From the NCBI GenBank assembly GCA_963738405.1, contig CAVTWJ010000002.1:96001-160000 (forward strand): a stretch of DNA of 64,000 nt. Reading direction: 5' to 3'. Positions 1-9,916 of the stretch are shown here, piece after piece. The notes below the pieces were generated by a model. It was not told where the DNA came from, made no database searches, and was given only the letters and a program-made list of their open reading frames with translations. This DNA comes from a candidate division FCPU426 bacterium (GTDB taxonomy: Bacteria; Oederibacteriota; Muellerivitia; Muellerivitales; Muellerivitaceae). The position numbers were made by a program, and so were the translations under genes. Each line of letters opens with the position of its first letter. The first letter of the stretch is position 1.

Positions 1-1191
1 CTGGTACCGGCTTCCGGCATATTCAACTGAACCCAATAGGCTGACTCCCTTTTGAATCGGCAGGGTTCCCTCAGCGCTAAGGCTTCCTACTTGGTACATC
101 CGGGCATAAGTCGAGGGGTTGCCAGGGACGTAAGCCAGATCAGCGGTGCCCGTATCATTCCAAAGCTGAATTCCCGCGCCCTTGATCGACAGGTTGTCGT
201 CCAGGAATCCCATGGACCCTTCGGCCCCCGCATAGTTGTTCCCGAAGGCGAAAAGAGAGGCGGTGTTTAATTCACCCGCCATGGCCTGCAAATGGAAGGA
301 ACTTATAACTTGGTTATCCAACACCATCTGGTCTGAGGAAGCCTGGAGACCCCGCATGTGCCAATCGGGTCCATGATCCATATAAACCAATTCCTCCACA
401 TCCTTGCGGGCACGGTAATAGGAAGTCGGTTCGATGAAGGTATAGACCGGAATTTCGGAATTCCAAAGGGTCAGGGGGGTGTAATGACGGTAGAAATCGC
501 CGGCGGTCAGATTGGCGATGTCGTTGACGTTGTTCAAGGATAGCCAGCGGATGTTGTAATCGGGGCTGATGGGTTCCCCATAGATGAAGCCAATGGTTCG
601 GTAAAGGCGCAGGTCCGCGTCAAAAAGCACAAAGGGCACCGGAACGCTTCTTAACTTCACATCCGCGAACATCACGTCGTTGTAGTCCATCGGGTTATAG
701 ATGGCGTTCGCCCCGAAACCCCGGAAGTTATTGAAGTAGCCTCGGGAGTAGCCCGAAAGCTGTGTTCCCGTCTTGCTCAAATCATCGGCTTGGAGACTGG
801 AGAATCTTTCGTTCATGTTTTCCACGTTAGAAAGCCGGTCCTCAATTTGGGAAACTTCAACATCCATAATCGAAAGTTCCACATCGAACTCATCCAACAG
901 TTCGTTGAGACTTCGCCCGGCCGCGGATTGACCGGGAGTGGCGGATGGCGGCAAGTCATTGACCTTCTTCGCGGCTTGGGCCGTCAACTGGGCTACTTCC
1001 AAGTTGTCCAGTTCACTGATCGGCTTTTCCGGTTGCGCGATCCATCCCGCCTGAACCAAATCCTCAAGGCTCTTGTCAATCCAACCGTCCCTTTGGACGG
1101 ACGTAAGGGTGCCATGTTCGGCCAAGGCGGGTAAAACCCAGCCCATGCCGAGGAGGCAGGCGAAAATTAAGATTAAACTTAACTTCTTCAT
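1..1191 (-). CDS. Outer-membrane protein with SLH-like N-terminus, coiled coil and probable beta-barrel (partial, runs off window start)
   Basis: Not in the ORF track; translated by hand from ATG at 1191. MKKLSLILIFACLLGMGWVLPALA signal peptide, SLH-like 'SVQRDGWIDKSLEDLVQAGWI...LDNLEVAQL', coiled coil 'LNELLDEFDVELSIMDVEVSQIEDRL', then aromatic-rich beta-strand-like sequence; frame open to base 1. Confidence 0.7.
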   Translation of the reverse strand, partial: MKKLSLILIFACLLGMGWVLPALAEHGTLTSVQRDGWIDKSLEDLVQAGWIAQPEKPISELDNLEVAQLTAQAAKKVNDLPPSATPGQSAAGRSLNELLDEFDVELSIMDVEVSQIEDRLSNVENMNERFSSLQADDLSKTGTQLSGYSRGYFNNFRGFGANAIYNPMDYNDVMFADVKLRSVPVPFVLFDADLRLYRTIGFIYGEPISPDYNIRWLSLNNVNDIANLTAGDFYRHYTPLTLWNSEIPVYTFIEPTSYYRARKDVEELVYMDHGPDWHMRGLQASSDQMVLDNQVISSFHLQAMAGELNTASLFAFGNNYAGAEGSMGFLDDNLSIKGAGIQLWNDTGTADLAYVPGNPSTYARMYQVGSLSAEGTLPIQKGVSLLGSVEYAGSRYQ

Positions 1192-1232
1192 TTCTCTTTC
1201 AATTCCTTTTCCACTTTCAAGTTTCATCCCTT

Positions 1233-3926
1233 TTAAAACTGCATCAGGAAGTAGGTATAAACCTGATCCGCCTGGTAATTATTGGCGGGCAGGTCGGCAT
1301 CCTGAAACGTCAGGTGCTTATAGCGGAATTCCAGTTTGGAACCGCCCCAGGGCATGTCGTAAGCCAACCCCGCCCCAATGGAATCGGTTCGGTAATCCAC
1401 CAGGGGCCAGGAGTAATGGGAGGTCCAAAGTTCCACACCGTAATCGGCCATAAGATTCACAAAGGGAAGGACTTGGTACATGAGGGAGCCGTCATAAACC
1501 GACTGGTCAAACAGGTTTGGAATTTGACCCAGCGTCTGACCCGGGCGGTTGGGGTCCGGCATGCTTGAAAAGAATGGATTGGTGGAGACGCCTGAGACCT
1601 GGTGGTCGGTAAAGAAAAAGTCCCCATAAAAGGGCCGGTCGCTTCCCAACATCTTGTTGAACTGGAATTTGGTAGTCAGGGTGATGTAATTGAAAGTTTT
1701 CAGGTGATCCAATGCGTAATAAACATTGTGCCCGCCGTTGGTTTGGATCACCCCAGGAGAGGAATAGACCGGCATGATGAAGGGCACCCGTTGGGTATTC
1801 CCGGCCGCGACAAAAATATCCTCGTTGGCGGTGGCGCTCCCCACGTTGCGGGCGTTCTCGATATTGCCGACATAGGCCTTCCCCACCGGGTTGACCCCGC
1901 TGTAACCGCCCCAGGCGGAGCCCCAAAGGCCCAGGTCCTCCGGGTAATAAGCCGTAATTAAATCGTAGGCTTCCACTACGTTCAGCCCCACTTCATCCGG
2001 CATGACGCGGTATTCGGTCTTTTGCGCCACGTCCATATTCACCACGATGTCATCCAGGAAATCGGGCCAATTTTTCATCCAGTCTTCCTGGCGGCCCTTC
2101 CATCCCAAGTTGGCCCGCCAGCCATAGCGGTCGCTGATCAAATCATCCGCCATGCCGACAAAGCCGTACAGGTTGTCCGTATATGGAGCCGCCGCGGGAG
2201 CTTGATAGCCATATTGGGCGCTGTTATAACCCGCCAATAGAACCTTACTTTGGGTGTTGATGAAGGTGTCGCTGATGGCGGTGTAATAGAGGGTAAAGGG
2301 ATAGACATTAAGGGAAGCTTGCCCAGCGGGAGCTTCCAAAGCCGACGGGTTGAGGGTTCCATTTATCAGGGAGGTACCCCCGGCCGCCAAACTCGCAGGT
2401 CCGCCGTTAGGCGTCAATAGGCCCGTGTTGAAACGCGAGAACCCTCCCTCGATTTCCAAAAAGGCCGGTTTCAAGTCGATTCCAAAATCAGCCGCGAAGG
2501 TTTTTTGATCCATGGCCGGCGTCATGGTGACCGGCGAATAGGGCACCGAGCCGTAGTTCTCGTTCACCCATTCAGTGGAAAAAGAAGCTTGGAGATGGCC
2601 GTCCAAGAAGGGCTGGGTGTACTTAAAGGCTTCTTCCCATTTCTGGGACGCCGTCCGGTCTACCCGGCCCACCAAAAAGGTGGTCTTTGCGTCTTTGCTG
2701 ACTAGGGGAAGCTGGGTCCCGATCATATACATTCCAGAAAAGACCTTTTGGGAATTGTTCGAGTTGATCCAGGAGGCGTAACTGGGGACATAGGCGAGAT
2801 TGGTGATGTAATCGTCCCAATTCTTCTGGTTCTTGTCCCCGGAATACTTTTTGATATCGAAGGGGTCCTCGTAGCGCTGGCTCCCGGTCGAGCCCCCCCG
2901 GGTGAAGTCGCCCAAGTCCGTGTCGCTGGAGTAATATTCCACCGCCACCGTGCTGTTCCATTTTCCCAGCATCCCGTCAAGTTCATAGTTCAAGGAAGGA
3001 CTACTGAGGTAGATAGTCGAGGGCCCTGCAGAGGCGTTGGAGTCGTATAGGGTGCCGCTGATCCCCAGGTTGATACTTCCCTTCCCCCCCAGGTCCCCCG
3101 AAACCCCCAAGTTCATTTCATTTTTGAATTTCATGGCATCAATGGTCGCGAGAGCCCCTGAAACATCGAGATCTTCGTACCGGACGTCGGATTCGTAGGT
3201 GAGATGGAGCGCCCCGCCGGACCGGTTGGATTTGCGGAAGGCATCCTCCACTTCATCCTGAACAGCGTTTAAATGATCTAGTTCCACCTCTTGCTCCTTG
3301 ACGCGGTTATCATCCAGGCTCAAGCGGGTCTTGAGAACTTGGGTCTCCAAGCGGAATTCCTTGCGAAGGGCCGTGATTTCCTTCTTCATGGCCTGGGAAA
3401 GGGTTGAGGCGATATAGGGTCCGCTATAGATGGAAACGGATGATTGGGAAACCCCGGCGGCCGAGGATGATTCCTTCATGACCGGAACGGGAGCATCCGG
3501 AGCGATGGACAAATCGGACGGGCCGCCTTCATAGACAGGGGCTTGAGCTTGCGGAACAGGTGCAGGCGCTGAGGGCATCACCACAGCGGATGACGGAGAG
3601 GATACTGCTGGGGCCGCAGTCGCGGGCACCGGAACTGCGGGGGCGGATGGTGAAACGGCGGGCGCTGGGGCTTCCCCATCCAACTTGGTTTCGGCCTTCT
3701 CGGTATAGAGGGCCAGTTCCAAACGGGTCACGACTAGGCCTTGATCCAGCACAGCCTTGTCCTGAGGGTCTAACAACCCGGCATCCCCCAGCTTCTTAAC
3801 CCTTTGGTAAAGGTCGCTGTCGGCGGTGACGTTTTCCATAGGGTAAGCCCCGAGGCCCTTGAGGCCCCCGAGAAAAAACAAACCCAGGAAAATTATTTTT
3901 ACAAAGGTTTTCATTATTTCTTTCAA
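1233..3926 (-). CDS. OmpM-like outer-membrane protein (SLH-like domain, Pro/Ala linker, coiled coil, beta-barrel)
   Basis: Signal peptide; 'VTADSDLYQRVKKLGDAGLL...VTRLELA' resembles SLH; 'ITALRKEFRLETQVLKTRL' coiled coil; ends YTYFLMQF (terminal Phe barrel signal). Alternative start ATG at 3914. Confidence 0.7.
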   Translation of the reverse strand: MKEIMKTFVKIIFLGLFFLGGLKGLGAYPMENVTADSDLYQRVKKLGDAGLLDPQDKAVLDQGLVVTRLELALYTEKAETKLDGEAPAPAVSPSAPAVPVPATAAPAVSSPSSAVVMPSAPAPVPQAQAPVYEGGPSDLSIAPDAPVPVMKESSSAAGVSQSSVSIYSGPYIASTLSQAMKKEITALRKEFRLETQVLKTRLSLDDNRVKEQEVELDHLNAVQDEVEDAFRKSNRSGGALHLTYESDVRYEDLDVSGALATIDAMKFKNEMNLGVSGDLGGKGSINLGISGTLYDSNASAGPSTIYLSSPSLNYELDGMLGKWNSTVAVEYYSSDTDLGDFTRGGSTGSQRYEDPFDIKKYSGDKNQKNWDDYITNLAYVPSYASWINSNNSQKVFSGMYMIGTQLPLVSKDAKTTFLVGRVDRTASQKWEEAFKYTQPFLDGHLQASFSTEWVNENYGSVPYSPVTMTPAMDQKTFAADFGIDLKPAFLEIEGGFSRFNTGLLTPNGGPASLAAGGTSLINGTLNPSALEAPAGQASLNVYPFTLYYTAISDTFINTQSKVLLAGYNSAQYGYQAPAAAPYTDNLYGFVGMADDLISDRYGWRANLGWKGRQEDWMKNWPDFLDDIVVNMDVAQKTEYRVMPDEVGLNVVEAYDLITAYYPEDLGLWGSAWGGYSGVNPVGKAYVGNIENARNVGSATANEDIFVAAGNTQRVPFIMPVYSSPGVIQTNGGHNVYYALDHLKTFNYITLTTKFQFNKMLGSDRPFYGDFFFTDHQVSGVSTNPFFSSMPDPNRPGQTLGQIPNLFDQSVYDGSLMYQVLPFVNLMADYGVELWTSHYSWPLVDYRTDSIGAGLAYDMPWGGSKLEFRYKHLTFQDADLPANNYQADQVYTYFLMQF

Positions 3927-3958
3927 TGTTCCCTTAAAGCCTAAGACATCCCAACGGA

Positions 3959-4726
3959 TCAGTAGAACTCCACCTCATCCACCCAGTAATCAATTTTGCA
4001 ATTCCCCTGGCTGTTGCCGTTGGCGTCCACCCATTCCACATCCAAAATCTCCTTCAAGTGGTCAGTGAAATCCGGTGGGGATACCGGCGAACCCCATCCC
4101 GAGCCCCTCTTCAAATTGGTAAAGGGCAGGTCTTTTTTCACCCAATCCAGTGTCTGGACCAGGTCCGCCCCGAAGTGGTTATAGCAACCATCGGAGCATA
4201 TCCCTCCCCCGGAAGAGGGCACGGTGGCGGCAATAGGGATATTGAATCGGTGGCTCGTGGCCTGGTCATCGGCCGGACACTTGTAATAAAAACGGATGCC
4301 ATGAAAGGGGGATGCGTCGTAAAAACCGCTTCGTTTGAACTTGCCCGACAAAACAAAGGAAGGATAACTATTGTCCCCCTTGTTGATGAGGGTTCCCGAA
4401 ACATGGAGGGCCATGGCGGTGCCGTTGGCTCCCCCCGGAACCACCAAAGGCGTATCCACGGTTCCGCTATAGATGTTGACGGTCCAAAGTCCGCCTTTCA
4501 TGCCGTACAACTTGGGATTCATGCGGACCGAGCCGTCCTCGAAATTGCTGATCAAGGCTTGGTCGGGTGGAATCACGATCTTAGGGGCAGAGTTTGCCGG
4601 GTCTTTTAAACCATCCGAGAGGGGTTCAGATTTGGAGCCTTCGTTAATAAGGACCGCCCCGCAACCCGCGAGAAGAAAAACCACAGACAGGCAGAGAAAG
4701 AGGGTGGTTGCTTTTGCCGGGGCCAT
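3959..4726 (-). CDS. Lipoprotein with CBM11/CIA30-like carbohydrate-binding domain
   Basis: Lipobox LAGC; 'ISNFEDG', 'DASPFHGIRFYYK', 'DWVKKDLPFTNL..GWG', C-terminal 'YWVDEVEFY'; start moved to ATG 4726. Confidence 0.7.
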   Translation of the reverse strand: MAPAKATTLFLCLSVVFLLAGCGAVLINEGSKSEPLSDGLKDPANSAPKIVIPPDQALISNFEDGSVRMNPKLYGMKGGLWTVNIYSGTVDTPLVVPGGANGTAMALHVSGTLINKGDNSYPSFVLSGKFKRSGFYDASPFHGIRFYYKCPADDQATSHRFNIPIAATVPSSGGGICSDGCYNHFGADLVQTLDWVKKDLPFTNLKRGSGWGSPVSPPDFTDHLKEILDVEWVDANGNSQGNCKIDYWVDEVEFY

Positions 4727-5043
4727 AATCACCTTTGAGGGGAAATCATATAGAACAACCAATCGGAACGAATGTCCCTTTTTCGGCAAAGCTTACTTTA
4801 CTAAAACCACCTGTCATATAAAACCAATAAAGTTCAAACCCTCGTTGTAAAAGGAAACATTCTTAAACAAATTTAAAAGTTTCCCGTTTCACGGGTCTTT
4901 CCTTTACCCGGTAACTTTCACCGGCCCTTTAAAAATGATCCAAGTCCTGCAAGATTTCTTTTTTCACAAGCCGGTCGAAAATTTCCCAGGCCGGACAATT
5001 AAACCTATAATGATTTTCCCCTAACCCAATTCAGGAGACTTTC

Positions 5044-7686
5044 ATGAACCGTCCGTCCCAAATATTTCTGCTGGCGTTTTTCTCGGGGGCCCTGGTTCTT
5101 TCCCAATCCGCCTGCACGATCCGCCCGATGGTGACGGCGGATAAATCCCAAACCGCCGCTTCCGACGTTATCCAGTTTTATTCCGCCTCCTGGGCCGACT
5201 CTTCCGGCAAGGACGGCAAGGGCGGCGTCAGCGTAGTATGCTCCGGCGACAGCCACGCCTTTTTGATTCGCCCCGACGCCACCAAGGAAAGGATCGACTC
5301 CAAAACCCTTACCGACAATCCCGACTGGGTGGTCTATGACAGCGGCAGTAACTCCGATTCCTGCCTTTCCTACGAATTCACCTGGGTCACAAACGTCAAC
5401 GACAAGTTTTGGGGGAAAAGATGGAGCGGCGGCGGGGTGGCTTTTGATAAAAGCTGGTCCACCAAGAACCTGGAAGACGCCAAATATCTGGTCTTTTACG
5501 CCAAGAGCAATGCCCCGGGGGTCGATTTCAACCTAAGTCTCTCTGGAACGACCGATCAGGTCGCCACGGGCAACGTCAGCGTTAAGGATTTCGCCTTGGG
5601 CCATCAAATCGGGGCGGATTGGACCCAGGTCATCATTCCTATTTCCTCCTTCCCCAACCTTTCCAAGATGGACCTGTCCCAATGCAAGATGATCCGGTTT
5701 GACCTGGCGGGCGATTACCCCGAAAACGCCCTGGTTTATTTTCACATCGACAAGATGTACTTCACCGACAGCCCCATGGTGACGCCCGTGAACAACCTGG
5801 GGTGGCAGCCCCTCCGGGATGGGGTCTTTGTAATTTGGGACAAGTCCCCCGATGAGGCGGTGGATCGTTTCATCCTGACCGTGGACGGCCAGCCTGCTGG
5901 CGAAGTGGATGGAAAACAACGCACCGCCAAGCTTCCCCTTTCCCTCTTCCAAGCCCCCGGCGTCCACAAATTGGGCGTGGTCGCGGCGGACGGCAAAAAC
6001 ACCTCTTCCATCCAAACGGTCACGGTGGATTTGACCCCCCATGCGGTCGCTACAGCAGTCGTAAGCCTGGCTTCCCAGGGGGACCATCCCATTTCGCCCT
6101 ATCTCTTTGGCTTCAACTACATGTCGAAGGACAGTCTTAAAAAAGTCGGCGGGACCCTGAACCGTTGGGGCGGCAACGCCACCACCAACTACAACTGGAA
6201 GGAGGACGCGGACAACAAGGGAGCGGACTGGTATTTCCTCAACGCCGCCCAAGCGGGCCCGGGCGCGCCCGAGAAGGATAAACGCTACTACCAATTCATC
6301 CAGGACGCTTTCGACGCCGGTTCCCAAGCCATCATCACCATACCCACCATCGGGTGGGTGGCCAAGGCGCCGCCGAAAGGCGGGCCGGAACTTTCATCCT
6401 TTCCCACCTCCCTCTATCCCGACCAGGAAGCCAATGACGGCCAAGGCTCCGGAAACGGGGTTCTGACGAATAAAAAAGGGTTGGTTTGGGATAACGACCC
6501 CAACCGTAATTACGTACCTTCGACCCCCGAATTCCAAAAAGAATGGGTGCAGACCATCGTGAAGAATTTCCATTCCGCTTCCCAGGGCGGGGTCAAGTTT
6601 TACCAGATGGACAACGAACCCGGCCTCTGGAACTGGAACCACCGGGATGTGGCCCCCAAGGGAATCAGCTACGACCAGATGGTGGATTTAAACGCGACCT
6701 ATGCCCAGGCGGTCAAATCGGTAGACCCCGACGCCAAGGTCATCGGCATGACGGCCTGGGGGGTGAAGGAACTGGCAGGGTCGGCTTGGGACGACATGCC
6801 CGGGGGCGTGGCCCATTACAAAGGCGACGGCACCGGCGATCGATGGACCGACCGCAAGGCCCACGGGGATATGCCCCAGGTCGCTTACTTTCTCCAGGAA
6901 ATGAACAAGCGCTCCCAAAAGGCGGGTATCCGGCTGATTGACTACCTGGACGACCACGGCTATCCGGAAGTCTGGGGCACGAACGCCCAGGGTCAAAACG
7001 TGAATGTACTGGGAGACTTCGCCTATGATCCGGTCCTTACTCCCAAGCAGTTTGACGCCCTTCGGATCTTTTACGACCCAACCTTCGAGGACCCCTCCAG
7101 CTGGTGCGCCCAGCCAAGCCTCAAACCCTATCTCTTTGATCCCTTCCGCCCCCTGATCCCCAACTTGAAAAAGATGATCGCCCAGTACTATCCAGGCACC
7201 AAGCTCTCCATGACCGAGTACTACCCGGCCAGTTCCCACTACTATCACGGGGGCCTATTGGAGATCGTGACTCTGGGTATCTATATGAGGGAAGGCATGG
7301 ACCTGGCCTGCGACTGGGGTTCTTCTTGGGAAGGCAATTACGTGTACCTGGGCCATAAGTTCTTTAGTAATTACGATGGGAACGGTTCCAGAGTGGGCGG
7401 CGACTACGTCAATTGCACCTCTTCCTCCCCCGATCTCTATTCTTTCGGGGCCAAAAATGGAGCCAAGACATTCGTGATTCTGGTAAACCGCAACCACGAC
7501 CAGAATTTCGAAACCACGGTTAACCTTTCCCAAGCGGCCGCCGACTACGAAATCTTCACCATGTCGGAAAGCCTGGGCTATCGTTTGATGGATTCGGGCG
7601 TCCATCCGGCGCCCGGCGCATCCTTAAAGATTCAGGTTCCGGCCTTCTCGGCCCTCTTGGTCGTGGCTGATACAACAAAGAAGTAA
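5044..7686 (+). CDS. GH44 endoglucanase/xyloglucanase with N-terminal CBM11-like and FN3-like domains, probable lipoprotein
   Basis: GH44 motifs ISPYLFGFN, RWGGNATTNYNW, MDNEPGLW (acid/base), SMTEY (nucleophile); signal ending SQSAC; SD aggag. Confidence 0.9.
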   Translation: MNRPSQIFLLAFFSGALVLSQSACTIRPMVTADKSQTAASDVIQFYSASWADSSGKDGKGGVSVVCSGDSHAFLIRPDATKERIDSKTLTDNPDWVVYDSGSNSDSCLSYEFTWVTNVNDKFWGKRWSGGGVAFDKSWSTKNLEDAKYLVFYAKSNAPGVDFNLSLSGTTDQVATGNVSVKDFALGHQIGADWTQVIIPISSFPNLSKMDLSQCKMIRFDLAGDYPENALVYFHIDKMYFTDSPMVTPVNNLGWQPLRDGVFVIWDKSPDEAVDRFILTVDGQPAGEVDGKQRTAKLPLSLFQAPGVHKLGVVAADGKNTSSIQTVTVDLTPHAVATAVVSLASQGDHPISPYLFGFNYMSKDSLKKVGGTLNRWGGNATTNYNWKEDADNKGADWYFLNAAQAGPGAPEKDKRYYQFIQDAFDAGSQAIITIPTIGWVAKAPPKGGPELSSFPTSLYPDQEANDGQGSGNGVLTNKKGLVWDNDPNRNYVPSTPEFQKEWVQTIVKNFHSASQGGVKFYQMDNEPGLWNWNHRDVAPKGISYDQMVDLNATYAQAVKSVDPDAKVIGMTAWGVKELAGSAWDDMPGGVAHYKGDGTGDRWTDRKAHGDMPQVAYFLQEMNKRSQKAGIRLIDYLDDHGYPEVWGTNAQGQNVNVLGDFAYDPVLTPKQFDALRIFYDPTFEDPSSWCAQPSLKPYLFDPFRPLIPNLKKMIAQYYPGTKLSMTEYYPASSHYYHGGLLEIVTLGIYMREGMDLACDWGSSWEGNYVYLGHKFFSNYDGNGSRVGGDYVNCTSSSPDLYSFGAKNGAKTFVILVNRNHDQNFETTVNLSQAAADYEIFTMSESLGYRLMDSGVHPAPGASLKIQVPAFSALLVVADTTKK

Positions 7687-7738
7687 TGGTTAGTGCTGAC
7701 TTTATAGATAGAACTGAAGAAAAGCCCTGGAACCCGGG

Positions 7739-7747
7739 TGGTATAAT
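7739..7747 (+). promoter_or_regulatory. Extended -10 sigma70-type promoter element
   Basis: TGgTATAAT about 65 nt upstream of ATG 7811, which has an AAGGAGG SD. Confidence 0.5.
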
Positions 7748-7810
7748 TCTTTTCGGGAAGTCTAAGGGCATTAAGTTTGTAACCGGTTTAAATCGCAAGG
7801 AGGCTTTTAG

Positions 7811-8518
7811 ATGAAGCGATGGCTCTTACTGGCCCCCCTATCCCTTTTGGTTTTATCCGCTCTTTGGTTGGGCAACCAAGGCTGCCATAACGAAAATGCG
7901 CCCATGTTCTTTTATACCGCCACTCCCACCGTCACTCTTTCCCCTACCCCCACCGTTACTTCCATTTACGCCACCTGCACCTCAACCTCCACCCCCGCGC
8001 TCATTGACGATTTTGAGGCCAACACCAATTCCAATACGGCCGTCCTGGCCAATCAATGCCGGGCGGGGTTCTATTTCACCTTTGGTTCCACCGCCAACCC
8101 CCAGATGAACGCTTCCATCGCCAACCCCGGCACCGGATACACCTGCGCCACCGGGTCCAGCAACAATGCCTTGCTATTGACCAGCGGGGCCGTGACGGGT
8201 TACGGGGCCGTTTTCGCCCTGGCGCCCCAGGCGGGCGGGAACCCTTACGATATCAGCCAATTCAGCGGTATCCAATTTTGCGGGCTTTTGAGTTCCACCG
8301 CCAACTCGGCCGGACCCAGCAGTTTTCAGATCGACGATTCGGGGAGCGGGGCCCTGAACGCCAACCTTTCCTTCACAACCTCCTGGAGCACCTACAGCAT
8401 TCCTTTTTCCTCTATGACGGGCACCGAAAACCTGAAACAAACTGTGCGGCTTCTTTGGATCACAGGAACCACAACCTCTTCCGTGAATTACTACCTGGAC
8501 AACATCAGCTTCTTTTAA
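7811..8518 (+). CDS. Lipoprotein with Thr/Pro linker and CBM11/CIA30-like domain
   Basis: Signal ending NQGC; TPT linker; 'LIDDFE', 'DISQFSGIQF', 'SWSTYSIPFSSM', 'YYLDNISFF'. Confidence 0.7.
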   Translation: MKRWLLLAPLSLLVLSALWLGNQGCHNENAPMFFYTATPTVTLSPTPTVTSIYATCTSTSTPALIDDFEANTNSNTAVLANQCRAGFYFTFGSTANPQMNASIANPGTGYTCATGSSNNALLLTSGAVTGYGAVFALAPQAGGNPYDISQFSGIQFCGLLSSTANSAGPSSFQIDDSGSGALNANLSFTTSWSTYSIPFSSMTGTENLKQTVRLLWITGTTTSSVNYYLDNISFF

Positions 8519-8536
8519 CGGTTCCTTCCGGAAAAT

Positions 8537-8573
8537 AAAAAAGCCCGGCCCCTAAAAGGGCACGGGCTTTTTT
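8537..8573. terminator. Bidirectional intrinsic terminator
   Basis: aaaaaa-gcccg-gccc..gggc-a-cgggc-tttttt between convergent genes. Confidence 0.85.
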
Positions 8574-8592
8574 ATGGTTAAGGCGGGTTAGT

Positions 8593-9909
8593 TTATTTTT
8601 GGTTGAAATACTTTCGGTTGAGCTCTGCCGTCAACTTGGGAAGAATCTCTTCGGGTTTCTTTTTCCCCAGCCAGGCCAGATCCAAAGCCGGCCCCACCTG
8701 CCCGTCCCAGATTTCCCCCCAATTCCCAATGAAGGGCGTGAAATAGCCGCTCTGGGGCATCCCCAACAGAATGTTTTTGTGGGCGGCCCCAAGGCTCTTC
8801 AGGAATGCGTCCGAACCCGCCACCTTAACCAATGCGGGTTGAATCATGCCGGTCTGGGCCACTTGGGCCGCCACTTCCGCGCTCGTCAATTCCTTGAGAA
8901 CAATCCAGGCGTTATCCATGTTCTTGCAATCCCTGCTGATAGCGTAACCCGACCCGCCGCATTGCCACCCTTGCTTCCCGCTTGGCCCGTGGGGAAATTC
9001 CACCACGTCAAAGTTCAGGTCTTTTTTCTCCAAAAAATGGGGCGTATGCCAAACCCCCGAGCACATCATGGCCGCTTGGCCGTTGAGGAACATGTTTTCC
9101 GCGCCCGTCCCGAAGCTGAAATTTTGCAGTTCGCTGGGGTTGGGCGAGACGTGGTAGGTGTGGATCATATCCCATCGGAAACGAAAGCCCGCCATGGCCT
9201 CGGGGGTATCCAGGGCCATCTTGGTGGGATGGTCTTCGCTATCCGTGAAATAACCTCCGTTACTGAGCATAAAATTCACCGCGTTGGTGCCGTAGGGGTC
9301 CACGAAAGCCCAGCGGGTGATCTTGCCCGAGGCGTCCTTTTTCACGAGCTTTTCGCAGATGGGAAGGAAATCATCCGGCCATTTCCAGGCCGCCGTGGGG
9401 TAAGGAATACCGGCATCGTCGAAGAACTTTTTGTTGTAATAGACCAAGCCGATGGGCGCAAGGTCTGAGGGAATCGCGTAGATTTTCCCTCCGGGGCTGA
9501 AACGGTTCAGGATGGTGGGGTAATAATCCTTCACGTCCATTCCGTCCTTCTGGAAATAGGGGGTCAGGTCCACAAAGGTGTTGCGAAGGTACAGATCGAC
9601 AAACTGGCTGGCTTCGGTGCTGACAATGTCGGGCGCGGTGCCCGCCACCAATTGGGTGACGATTTTTTCCTCGAATTGGGGGTAGGGGATGCTTTCCATC
9701 CGAACCTTCAAGCCCGGGTGGCGGGCCTGGATGTTTTCGATGGTTTTGTTGAGTATTTGGATGACAGTGGGGTCGGTGCTGAAAATCGCCACCCGCACCA
9801 GGTTCTTATCGGTCTTGCTACAGCCCACCGACAAAACCGCCAAAGCCAGTACCGCCGCAGCTAAAAGATTGGTTCTTTTCACAGACACACTCCGATTCTC
9901 TTTTATCAC
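8593..9909 (-). CDS. Sugar ABC transporter solute-binding lipoprotein (family 1)
   Basis: Lipobox SVGC; 'AGTAPDIV', 'VYYNKKFFDDAGIPYP', 'FLNGQAAM', 'GGSGYAIS'. Confidence 0.9.
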   Translation of the reverse strand: MIKENRSVSVKRTNLLAAAVLALAVLSVGCSKTDKNLVRVAIFSTDPTVIQILNKTIENIQARHPGLKVRMESIPYPQFEEKIVTQLVAGTAPDIVSTEASQFVDLYLRNTFVDLTPYFQKDGMDVKDYYPTILNRFSPGGKIYAIPSDLAPIGLVYYNKKFFDDAGIPYPTAAWKWPDDFLPICEKLVKKDASGKITRWAFVDPYGTNAVNFMLSNGGYFTDSEDHPTKMALDTPEAMAGFRFRWDMIHTYHVSPNPSELQNFSFGTGAENMFLNGQAAMMCSGVWHTPHFLEKKDLNFDVVEFPHGPSGKQGWQCGGSGYAISRDCKNMDNAWIVLKELTSAEVAAQVAQTGMIQPALVKVAGSDAFLKSLGAAHKNILLGMPQSGYFTPFIGNWGEIWDGQVGPALDLAWLGKKKPEEILPKLTAELNRKYFNQK

Positions 9910-9916
9910 TTAAACC

